A stretch of 63,715 nt of DNA, the filler included, from Sphacelaria rigidula (lineage: Eukaryota), in the NCBI GenBank assembly GCA_964200075.2. It is 11 parts of 11 records of this genome, joined end to end, with 100 filler letters (N's around TTAATTAATTAA, not from the genome) between each part and the next. Parts side by side here need not be neighbours in the genome. Positions count along the whole stretch, not along the records: positions 23,209 to 28,909 come from CAXNAA020025133.1; positions 29,010 to 34,710 come from CAXNAA020025134.1; positions 34,811 to 40,511 come from CAXNAA020025135.1; 8 more parts are not named here. One strand, given 5' to 3'. Positions 23,587 to 35,071 of the stretch are shown here, one piece after another. Position 1 is the first letter of the stretch. Each line of letters opens with the position of its first letter. The notes under the pieces were generated by a model. That model saw only the letters and a program-made list of their open reading frames with translations. It was not told where the DNA came from and did no database searches. Position numbers and translations under genes: made by a program.

Positions 23587-26500
23587 CTGCTTCAGGGCAG
23601 CCGGCACTTCCTCGGACCCCTTGTTGAGGCGGAGTAGGTAACCGTAGGCAAAGGCTCGCTTAGCGGAAGTGTGCAGCATCTTGCGAAGATAGAAGGGGAC
23701 AAAGCCCGTCTCCTTCTTGCAGCGCGCGAATATCGCCGAATCCGAACTGGGGATCTTGCCCAGCGCCTTGTTGTCCGCCATTTTGGCGCCGAACACCATT
23801 TTCAGGACTGTGCGTACCAAAGCAGCAGCAGCAAGAGCAATAGTATCCCACGATCACGACAAGTAAAAAGGGGGGAACTTCGTGAGCGTCAGGGTGGGTC
23901 ATCTGAGTCTCGTAGTGATGGGCTACCTCGAATTCAAATGAGGTAATGTCGATTCAACGATGTTTCCCAACCCTGGCGGTTATACCCTTCGCGGTCAAAG
24001 AAATCACTGATTTACATCACCAAACCTACCATTTCTGAAGCCTGATTTGCTCAACAAAGAGAATAAGAAAAAAAAAAGTGACAGCGGGTCCTGAGGGAAA
24101 CCTTGCGCTATTTTCACGTGCCTGGCGTTTTGCGTCCCCTAAGGTGCAACGCTGAAAACAAAGGCCAAATATCGATTGATTCGTAATGGTCCACATTAAT
24201 TACACTAAACGTTAGTGATGTTTAGACGAATCGCTACTGGCCCGAACCGCGAAGAAGTGAAGGCCAGTAATAAGTCCTATCAGAATGTAACAAAGGAGTC
24301 ATGCTCATTTTATTTAGCCCATCCTCCGTGTCATCTCAATTTGATTGAGGAAATGCACATGCCAAGACCAACCAGCTTTTGCGAGAGAAAATCTCAACCA
24401 ACACCAGTCGGTTCCGGTCTGACACCATGGCACGGGAGCAGCGGACGAAACAGAATTTCCAGGAAAAAGTAGTCCTCAAGATATTCGTACACCCAACAGC
24501 TGATTGGTTCACGAGCGATCAGTCTGTATCTCCGTGTGTTCGGTGGCGTTTGTTCTGAGAAGTACTGTAACGTGCAGTGTCGTGGCTTTTTGCACCACGC
24601 CGTGTGTGCCACGCTGCGTTTGGGGGGGATGACCCTTGATGTACGAATACTCTTGCAGTGATGAACTACAAAATTATCACAAATATTGTAGCTTGTTTTG
24701 GGGGCTGCAACACCAAGAGACAAAAAAGTAACAAGAATTACGATCATCATCGACAACATTCATGACGACGAGGACACCGACACCAACGCCAACAGCTATT
24801 ACGGCAATCCCGACAAAGGCGTGAACAAAAACAAAAAGACAAAAAAAGCAGGGAAGAAATATATATATGAAAATATGAAAAAATGCTAGAATCACCAACT
24901 AAACACTCGACTACGACTGTAGCACGAGGTCAGCAATAACAACTACCTGTACCGTGCAGCACTTCGAGAATTGCGTTCGATGTCAATTGGACACGGTCCT
25001 ACTCGGTACTTATTTCTCACAGCCGAAAAATCCCGTCCGTTTGTTGCGCTCTTCGCGTATGATTGCCTCCTTCATGTCTTCCTCCATCAGCTCCTGATCC
25101 GCATCGCGGTCGTATGCTGCCCCAGCTTCCCACCCACTGGGTTTCAGCCTGGACAGGCTCATTTCGATGGCCTCCTTTTCCAAAGTCATGCCGGAAGCGT
25201 CCCTTTGATGTGTAACCAAAAGAATGAACCAGTACATACCAACATGTATACGTGTGTGTCAATGGATGAGAACAACAGGAAGCATCATCAGATTGAAAAG
25301 AAAGAAAAGGAGGACGGGAAGTACATGATGAGTGAATGAACAATCAATCAACAGCAACACACACGAGCAAAAAACACCACCACCTAAACTTGAGGTAAAC
25401 TGGTTGGTATGATGAGCGAGTGATCGGACCAATGGAAAAGGCCTCTACTAAATGAGGAAAATGACTACTAAATGTGTTTTTTCCGGGGAAAAATCACAAC
25501 CACGACGATAACGACGCATTCAAAGGACGCGCGCGTAGAACATGTTGTGTTGTTTTCTTCAACCCAGTCATCAGAAGGAAGCAGCGAGAGGCATGAGTCA
25601 TCATATCAAGAGATACCCGTGCACTCAAAGGTTAGAGACCAAGGTACACACCTTTTCCCCGTCCACTTTCCATACACACATCAAATTCTGTGCGGTGTTC
25701 CGAATATCAGACGTAAGTAGCCAGACGTACGAGTCATCATCTAAGAGATACCCGTACCATAAAATAAACGTCAGAGGACAAGGTATATACCGTTTTTCCG
25801 GTCCACTCTCGATACACACATCGATATCTGTACGGTATTCCTACTATCGGGAGAAGAGTAGCCCAGACGTACGAGTTATAACTTGAGAGATACCCATGCA
25901 CTCGAAGGTCAGGGGGCAAGGTATATACCTTTTTTTTGTTCACTTGGGACACATACAACAATATCTATACAGAATATACCCACATAAAACGGTTGAGGAA
26001 GCCCATCACGGCGGTGGCATTGACAATCGCCTCCTGTTCTTTGTCAGACAGCACGCATGCCATATGATGGATGTCTGCCGTCGTCACACTCGCCGGCACT
26101 TCTCCCACCTGCATTATTTTTCACGCTATCGTCATTACTGTCGTCGTTCTCACTGTTATTGTTAACTGCTGTCGTTCTTGTCATTCTTGTTATATCAATT
26201 TTACTCTTGTATGACTTCACCATCAACATCACAGTAACATTATAAACGTTGTATTTCAGACACATATATACGTCTATATTACCTTTCATAACACCATTGT
26301 TACTACTGTATCATCGCTCTGTTTCATCACTTTTTAGTGCAATGATGGAAGGCCATCATCACCATGATGAGTCAATTGAAGTCGGATACTGTCTTCGCTT
26401 GTTTTGACATCACAACCACACGAGTACTGTAGCACAGGCTTGCATTAAGAAACGAATTCATTGACGTCGTTTAAATTTATCCATTGGGGACAATTGGGAT

Positions 26501-27519
26501 ACCCATCACTATTATCAAGCTGCGGTACACCTCCTAGTCCACCTCAGATCCCTGTCCCTTTTGTCGACCGCCCCACTGATCCAAATGCTGCAAGTAGTAC
26601 GACAAGTGACCGCGGAAGATCACGGGTTCGACTCCCATCTGCTTCGGCAAAGGGGTTCTCTGATGAAAAGTGTCTGGTTTCCGCACGTGAGAAGTCAGGG
26701 ATTTGCCGAGGATGCGTTCTGTAGGGTGTACCCGACTAAAAGCAGGGCATTTACAAGGTATTGGAATGGGTATCTTATCGATGAATACCCTTCCGAGGTA
26801 TGAAGGAATGCTAGGAGCACGGCTCCTTAACTCGTCGCCGGGCTATCCCGAAGTTTGGTGGATACTCCGGTATGGTGTAGTATACCAACCGAAAAGTTCT
26901 CACTTGCAGGTATATACTCTGCAGAACACTTCGAGGTATACCCCAAAAAAAACACAAAGAAACACTTTCGGGTATATATATATATATCCTACAGAACATT
27001 TTCGGCTATGATTTACAGACCACGTCCGGGTATATATACCCTGCGGGAGTCGACGCCTTGCGGGAGTCCTGTTCCAATTCTCGACGCCAGAATGTATGGC
27101 GTGTACCGGGGGAGGGATGCGTTGTATCCCCTTAGACTACGGACTTATCCCGCGAAAAAAAATGGGACGGCTTTGAAGTATGGCAAAAAATATGAACAAT
27201 GGATAACGACAACAACTAACATCTTGCGCAGAGTGCATTCTTGTATTTTTTCATTCGACAACTACACCATAAAAGCGTTACAAGTGCATGTACGATAATT
27301 GAGGGGAGTGTTACAGATTACACAGGCGTCCTGCTACGGTACCGCACTGTACCCACCTTCTTCGCAATGTTGATGGCAGCCAGCTCCTTTTTCGAGAAAA
27401 TTTCCGGGTTGGGTTCGGGGTCCAAGGCCATGGCATTTTTGTCCAGGGTTACCCCACTCCCTCTCCAGATGCTGCCCATCACAGCGGTGTGGGAGCTGCA
27501 GTACGGACAGTTGTAGGTT
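23587..27519 (-). CDS. Partial spliced gene: AhpD/carboxymuconolactone-decarboxylase-like alkylhydroperoxidase family protein
   Basis: Exons 27519-27357, 26108-25984, 25202-25021, 23807-23587 have GT-AG borders and matching phases. They give TYNCPYCSSHTAVMG...KELAAINIAKK|VGEVPASVT...EAIVNATAVMGFLNRFM|DASGMTLE...GF|LKMVFGAK...ALKQ. The N-C-x-Y-C-x-x-H and GFLNRFMD motifs are typical of AhpD-like proteins. Incomplete at both ends. Confidence 0.8.
25595..25980. repeat. Intronic ~140-bp tandem repeat (~3 copies)
   Basis: gagtcatcat..aagagatacccgt...caaggtatatacc...ccact...acacacatc repeated three times. Confidence 0.75.
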
Positions 27520-28909
27520 CTGATTTTCGAACGGCAGATCACGAAAGGACGGAGTACGCGCGCGCGGCAAAGGGGTTTAATATGAACAAATAAAAAGAAA
27601 CAAGAAATGGAAGAGGAAACAAGAGTGGACAGTTTCATTGATGATCTTCAACAGGAACAACACGTTTTTGCATGTTCATGTTGATATACCATTTTTTGTG
27701 GCAAGACGGACCAACTGTTTCTACAGTACTGTAGCTGCAGTAGTAGTGGCGGTAGTGAGTAGGAGCAGCAGCAGACTATTTTAGTAGTAGTAGCGAGGAG
27801 GCCCTAATGGACGTTGACGCACCAAGCACATAGCGTTTGAACAAAACGAAACGTTCTACCTCGTTGAGGAGTTCGAACAAAAGCTGCTGTGGCTTATGAC
27901 TTCAAGGTTACACTTTCGATGATCCGATATCATAAACGGCGGCAATCGAGGATGTGTCTCGCCAACGCGTCGATGAATCACAACCCTGGAAAAGAAAACT
28001 ATAGTAAATAGCGGAACTTGCATCGCCATGGCGTTTGATTGACGCATCGGACACCGCAAAACGAAATATCCATGTGTACATTCTCCAATCAAGAGGTTTG
28101 TTCGAGCCATCGACTTGTAGTATATATGCGTGTACGAAGTATTCCAGGCCGATGTCAAAATGCGACAATTATAATGAAAACAATAGTGGGCACAGAATTG
28201 CCGCATCAAAGGGAAAATTTCCCGCGTGTGTCTATCCGGGGAATAATCCCTCGATATATTGCGACATCACAACCTACGGTTCATGGACAGATGGTCCCAG
28301 GCTCAAACCCCAGATAAATCCGCAAGCAAACAACGGTACATCGTCACACAAAAGCCGGGGCACAAGAAAACTCAGGGGAGGGGGGAGGGGGGAAAGGGGG
28401 GGGGGGGGGGTGAGTAGGAAGCACAGTTCACGATTTCATAGTCTTGCGCGGAGATCGTTGGCTAGGCAACCCAACACACGCAGGAGATCCATCACTGTAC
28501 AGCTCGGTGGTATCTGTGACGCCCCCCAAAACTCCGATGTGTGGGTTCGATTCTCCTCGCGATCATTCCTTCTAGGTATTCAGGCCATTCTTTATCGTGG
28601 GTATACTGATCTCTCTGGTAAAAAATAGCACAGATGATCTGCTTGTACAATTCTTTATCGTACCATGGATTTGGGCAAGCGCGGCGCTGATTACAGCGGC
28701 AGCAACCCTGGGGTGAGCACCACGGTCCGATGGCGTAACAGCCTGACCAGCCCCGGAATTAGCCCAGCAGCATCTGTGACATCCTACAGTAAGACTCGTA
28801 AGCTCTCCATTGCAGTGTTCATATTTCGTACAAGGTGTGAAAATTTTCAAGGGTCGGACAAATAATGATTCGTCTGAAAATTACTTGGTTTTAGAATGAT
28901 GAGTCGGCT

Positions 28910-29009
28910 NNNNNNNNNNNNNNNNNNNNNNNNNNNNNNNNNNNNNNNNNNNNTTAATTAATTAANNNNNNNNNNNNNNNNNNNNNNNNNNNNNNNNNNN
29001 NNNNNNNNN
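28910..29009. other. Artificial contig linker
   Basis: N44-TTAATTAATTAA-N44. Confidence 0.98.
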
Positions 29010-29981
29010 AATGACCACATGGTAGCATGTACACTCCTTCTCGAGTTTTTTCTTTCCACCCTGTGTTAGCGTAAATAAGCACGTTTTAGTATAGATCTGG
29101 GACGCAAAAAACGCTCCGGAAAAACTCGGGAGGGGTATACTGAGTGCAAGGAATACCATAAAACCAAGCTGCGACCACCCTGCATTTGGAAACCTGGGAA
29201 CGCTTATCTGGGCCAGGGATAGGGCCCCACACGATCTTTGCGGTGGCATCACATCCGACAACAATCCCCGCGCTGGTCGTTCGGGTCTGGTCGGTGAATT
29301 TCGCCTCCCTGTGATTGGGTAGGTTCGCTCGAAGACTTATTTTTATTATTCCACTAACGCAGGGTCAACCCTGTGTTAGTGTGGGTCCGGTCTCAAAAGG
29401 GTTAATATTGAGTGACTTACGGGCTAACCGGTCATCGGGGGTCCTGCCACGTTTCAGCGAAGATTATTATTCTTCTGTATTTTCAGTCGATCGAGCCCGT
29501 CCCGATCACATTTGTAAAGAAATGTACAGTTTTATTTTCAGAATATCTTCCTCCTCATTGCACCAGAGCCGAAAAACTGTGTTTCACGGTCTATAACACC
29601 CTCCTGATGAACGGGGTATTTACTCGTTTCACCCGATGACACCAACACTGACTTGGGCACTGTATTTCGAGGATGATCTGTTTTGTCGTACCAAAATCTA
29701 CCGACGCTAGCAATTTCAAGTTCTATCGAAGAGTAGTACGCGAGGAAAACCCCGAAACATCCCTAAATAGTTAAACCGCCCACTACTGTATACGGCACAA
29801 CTCAGCGGTGTACATTCTGGCCGGGTGATTTATACAGCATAACTGAGTTAACTCATGGATTGTCCCATGTGTGAAAGATTGTGTGTCACCTAAATTACCC
29901 ACCATAGGGATACAACAAGGGTTGATCGTAAATCGAGAATATTTTTTCTGTAGCTTTTGTTTATATTTTTCACAATCGGTC

Positions 29982-30330
29982 GCCCCGGTGGCTCAGTTGG
30001 TGATCTCGAAACTTTCTGACGGTTGAGTCGTGGGTTCAAATCTCGGAACGATCTGAGATTTTTTCTCACACAGTACTCAACAATGGAAAGCGACTATGTC
30101 GTGCGTACACAACATTCGACCTAATGGTCGACAAGGGAAAGGGACTGCGGAACCCCTCTCGCGACAAAAAAGAAGAAAGGTAAGCACCGCGGAAGGGAGA
30201 TGGAGTACTAAAACAAAGAAAAAGGAAAAGCTCCTGCGTTGACCTTCCTCCTGTGTGACGCCGGCTGGTGCACCCGCATTTACCGAAAGGTGTAGACCGG
30301 CGTCCAGATTAGATGGGCGTATGTCTCAAA
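29982..30330 (+). mobile_element. Putative tRNA-derived SINE
   Basis: Pol III A-box TGGCTCAGTTGG (29989-30000) and B-box GGTTCAAATC (30033-30042) at tRNA spacing after GCCCCGG, but no closing acceptor stem; 3' boundary approximate. Confidence 0.55.
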
Positions 30331-31396
30331 TAGACGTTTTGTCGGCTTGAGCACCATGAGTTAGGAGTTGAAAAGACTGAGGCCATACGATTAGTCATGA
30401 AAACGGTCTGGGTTGGGTCGATCGAGCGGAGGCGTGAACGACCAGCACCTGGGGTTGTGTCCTCGCAGGATCCCCCGACGACCGGTTACCTCGTTAGTTG
30501 TTTGAAATTGATGGTCGTGCTGATTTCACCCCGAAAATTGCGTAGGGTTTCATTTTGTCTCGATCCCTAGCTTTAGGAATCAAATTTCTCTGTGAAAAGA
30601 TATCATGGTGGCCGAAAAACACCTGAAATATTCTCGTTCAACCGAGGGATATGTTAGTCAGACACTACACCACACCCACGTAAAATATATATTAGCCCAG
30701 ATTTCGCGCGCGCGGGGGGGGCGGGGGGAGAAGGCTTTTTTTTCACCTATAAACTCTATTTGAAGAATTGCACGAACTTATTTTCCAGCGCGATGTAGGT
30801 TTACAATTCCGATTCAGGTGATCATTATCCCGAACTATGAGCACAGGTTCGTCTAACAAGATTTTTGGCGCACGCTCTGCGCACACCCAAGATTGCACTC
30901 AACCGCAGACATTGGTCTGCTGATTTTGTTGATTATGTTGATTTTGGGCGCATGCAGTGCAGTCGTGTAAAATGGTGCATGGAATGTAGGCGGTGGGCTA
31001 AACCGTGTATCTGGGGACTGCCATTTTTCAACTTTTTCTGTTGTTTTTATCATGCGACCACGGCTGGACCCCTGGGGGGTCAGTTGAAGAGGGACAATCG
31101 ATCAGAATGGACAGGAATTTTCCAACACAAATCCCACCGTAAGTAGAGTGAGCCTTGCACATCTAGAATAAGTGCTATGGTTTCCAGGGCCATACTGATA
31201 TCAAGAAGATATAGTTGAGCTCGTTTTCTTTCTCCAACAACCCTAGTCACCCTTTCACTACTGTAACTGTCACGTGACAAACTAACATGATTTTTTCTGA
31301 ACTCCGCCCTGCCCTGCCCTTCCCCCCCGCCCCCGCCTTTCCCTTATATCTGCTATTTTGCCGTTGGCAATATTTTTTCGTCTTCGAGACGCACAG

Positions 31397-33111
31397 GAGA
31401 GCTACAAGGCAAGCGTGTCCAAGCAACGCATGAAAGCGGAGCGCCGCGGGAATAAGCTATCGAGCAAGAAGCAGGCAAAGGCTGCAAAGTCCCGCCTAGG
31501 GGGTCACCTGATTCACGCGATGCTGAGCAGCGATGATGGTGGCGATGATGACGACGATGACGGCAACAGCAGCAGTAGTAGCAGCAGTGTTGGTCGGAAG
31601 CGAAAACGCAAGAGCGGCAGGGATAAGGAGAAAAAGCGAAGGCGAGCAAAGGGAGGGGAGGATGGCGGCGGTAGGCGGCGGGAGGGCAGCAGTAGCAGCA
31701 GCAGCAGTGCCGGCGAAGATGATAGTAGTGATGAGGATGAGAACCGTGGTGCGAGTGAGAATAGTGGCAGTGAAACAGGGGGCCACGAAAAGTCTAAGGC
31801 CGACAAGAAGCGGCGCAGGAAGGAGAAGAAACGCGATCGTCGGCGCCGCAGAGAACAAGCCGGTGGTACTGACGGCGATGATGGGGCTGGTGACGGAGGT
31901 AAGACGAAAGAGCGGAAGAGGAAGAAGGATCGTAAGGAGCGCAAAAGCAAAAGGGACAAACACGGTCGAAGGGGCGACAAGAGCAAGGAGTACTCAGACA
32001 GCGACAGTGACCGCGGCGGACACGATGGGGGCGGGGCTGGGGGGCGAAGAGGGGAAGGAGGCGGGGGTGAGGATAGAGAACAAGGTAGAGGCCGGGAAAG
32101 GGGTGATGGTGACGGCAAGAGCAGGAAGGAGCGCAAGAAGCACAAGAAGCGTGATAAGAGGGAGGTAAGTTTCTGTTCGCTATGTGGGTGTGGGTGTGGG
32201 TGTTCTCGCGTAATCCCCCTCTTGCGGCGTACAGTGCTGTTTCGTCGAAGTGCCAACGGTTTGCCGTGTTGTGAATTTCTATGTTGATTTTTGTAAGCCA
32301 ACTAACAATTCACGGAACTTTTGTTTGTTGTTTTTTTTGTGCCTTTTTTTTTCTTTTTCGCGTGGAGGCATTTTTTTGCGAAAATCAACCGATCAAGACA
32401 CCGCTTTTTGTATCGAAAGATCTGGAGTAGCAGTCATCGGTAAATACAGCTTTTCATCCACCCCCAGCAGTGGCCTATTTGATTTTGTCGATCAAGCCCA
32501 CTCGACAGCTTTTTTTCTCCTTGCACGTTGTTCATGCGGCTCTTCTATTTCTCCACCTTCAGTTATCGTCATCTTTCAGTACCAAGTCCCCGGTGTTTTA
32601 CGAGTCGAGGTTGTTTTTGTCTCCCGTGACGTGTCCATCCATTTTATTTCCCTCCGTGATATCGTTCCCGGAAGCTTGTTACGGTCTGTTGGTGAGGTCA
32701 GCCTTAACAGTGCTAGTTAGTGTCCTGACATTTTTTGGTACACCAAACGTATGGTGCCACTAAAATCCCGTCTTTATCCGCCCTTCAACCATTTCCCCTT
32801 TCCCCGGATATGATATCCATTATTATCCAACCCCCTATTCCAACAACGCTCACTTGTATGCATCCTCATCCTGAAATGCTAACTACGCTCATCGTGCACG
32901 GCACTGCTCGGCCAACACGGAACCGCAGAGCAAGCGACGCAGAAGACGCGAGGAGAATGATGGCCAAAGAGCAGGAAGTATAAGCCCGAACCCCACGGGC
33001 GCAGGTGGCGGCGGCAGCAGCAATAGCAGCGATCGAGATGCCGAGGGCGGAAGGGAATCGGCGAGCCTAAGCCCGACTCCTCGAGGAGAAAATGGCAAGG
33101 CCCCTGCGTAG
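31397..33111 (+). CDS. 3' end of a gene encoding a Lys/Arg/Ser/Asp/Gly-rich low-complexity (probably nuclear) protein
   Basis: Exons 31397-32164 (cag|GAG...GAG|gtaagt, 256 codons) and 32929-33111 (cag|AGC...TAG), both phase 0; many basic clusters; no recognisable domain. Confidence 0.75.
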
Positions 33112-33171
33112 CTCATCTGTTTTAAACTACGTTGCCTGAACCGCAGCGTACCGGAGGGCCCCCCGGGGGAT

Positions 33172-33280
33172 GGGGGGGGGGCGTACTCATTTGTTGCTTG
33201 CCTTGGTCGTTGACCATTGACCGCGCATCCCTTGCGAGACAGAGCACCGTCCTACTTCTAATAGAGGCCTCCAATTTCCG
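33172..33280 (+). repeat. Copy of dispersed repeat family (type II head)
   Basis: ggggggggcgtactcatttgttgcttgccttggtcgttgaccattgaccgcgcatcccttgcgagacagagcaccg. Confidence 0.8.
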
Positions 33281-34710
33281 GAGGGGGGGGTGGGGAGGGG
33301 GTATCGGTGAAGATTGATGATGTGCAGGTATCTGTGGGAGAAGATGATGTACTGATGTAGAGCGCAACTCATCTCTCTACCGGCAGTTCATGGAGTTGTG
33401 CAGAGGCAGAGAAAGTTGGACCGCTTACGCTGTGCAGCTGTTCGACAGTTGGTCTACGGCAGGCGAAGAAGTAACCAGGGTGTGCATGGGTCGTGTACCC
33501 GCCCCCAGCTAATGGGTTAACGGCAACGCCTCCACGAGAGATCACGGGGCAAGGAAGGGCGACGAAATAGGACAGAATTGAAGCAAAGCGAGCTCCTGTC
33601 GCTTGAGGTGTAACAACGTGGGAAATAATCCACTTTTGTGTAGATTTCATTGTATCGCCGTTGCGTTGCAACAAAGGAACACTACAGTACGAGTATTATC
33701 GCTGGGACGGGGGTGAAGTCGGGCGGCATAACCCTCCCTGTGTTTTTTGTTGTTCCAATGATTGCCGATGTTGAGACCCAGCCAGAGACGCGTTCATGTG
33801 AGAATGCCCCTTTTTTTGTTCCCGTTCCGTCCGTGTCGCTCAACGACACCTATACACCTATAACATGTTTTTGTGAGATTGAGAATAGAGCATACGATTG
33901 AGAGTAAAAAAGGGTCAGTTCCAATTCCACGAAGTGAAATGGTTTCTGCTCCGGGTAAAAAATTCGATCAACCGGCTTTGTGCAACTCGTTTTTGCTACA
34001 TTTTCCCACTCTATAACCCCTACTGATTTCGGTATTGGGGGGAAAACCTTGTCAACCAGAAACCAAACGCATCTTGCTCCAATAGGCACCTGGACACACA
34101 GCAATTGCTGCTGCCTACCTAGTATCATGCTCCGAATCGACGTCTTCAGTGAGAATTTTGACGCTCAGCGTGCAGCTGCTTGATGCTTAACGCTGTCTCC
34201 TGTCTGCCCGAGAAACAGCACTTTGCAGCTTTTATCTGGTGCCTATGTACAAGAATGACAGAGTTCCGGCTGCCGATATCTAAAACGACAGCGATCGCCA
34301 TCATACTAAACTGCAACACAACATAGGGAGAGGTTGCAAGGGCAAATGTTATGGACATTGTGTGACCGAAAGGAATATCCAACATTGATGTGGTGGCAGG
34401 TGCCCAAGGAAATCTACGTGAAACGTAACTTTTTTTGTTGTATTCAACAGACAGGCAGTACAGACAGTACAGAGCTGACCTGTACTGTCTGCACAGCATG
34501 TGTATTGGGCCGGTTCATTGCTAACAAATTGCAAAGACATATCTGCCAATAACAGGGGATTCTATAAGATGAGGTTCATCAACGAAATGAGGTTTGAAGA
34601 CCCTAGCCGTTGAATGACGAAAAGCCCTCAGGAGTACCGCACGACACTGCTGATGCGCAATTTTGAGGAGGAGTAGGAAGTGCGTCCGTGGTTTCACATG
34701 CCGCCCATCC

Positions 34711-34810
34711 NNNNNNNNNNNNNNNNNNNNNNNNNNNNNNNNNNNNNNNNNNNNTTAATTAATTAANNNNNNNNNNNNNNNNNNNNNNNNNNNNNNNNNN
34801 NNNNNNNNNN
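34711..34810. other. Artificial contig linker
   Basis: N44-TTAATTAATTAA-N44. Confidence 0.98.
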
Positions 34811-35039
34811 GGATGCGAGGTCAATGGTTCTATGACTATGGCATGCATGATCATGAGGACACCCACCCCGCCCGCCCCTTTCGCTCTTCAATCCCCTTGT
34901 CTCCATCCACGCTGGGTCGCGATCTGCGCAGCTTTTTCTCTCCTTATTGTTTACTTCATACGTCATACGAGTTCAAGGGGTTTTAATTGACATAAACCGA
35001 CACGGATCGAGTCCAAAATCCGCATACAAGAGGCGAACA

Positions 35040-35070
<31 letters not shown>

Positions 35071-35071
<1 letters not shown>

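Noticed and set aside
27856..28800. Upstream exons of the AhpD-like gene
   Set aside because: Candidate splice sites exist (27859-27985, 28664-28785), but the translations show no family motif, so they are not supportable.
29982..30055. Functional tRNA gene
   Set aside because: A- and B-boxes are present but the acceptor and anticodon stems do not close.
31496..32301. Long antisense and alternate-frame ORFs over the K/R-rich exon
   Set aside because: Shadow ORFs of GC-rich low-complexity coding sequence.
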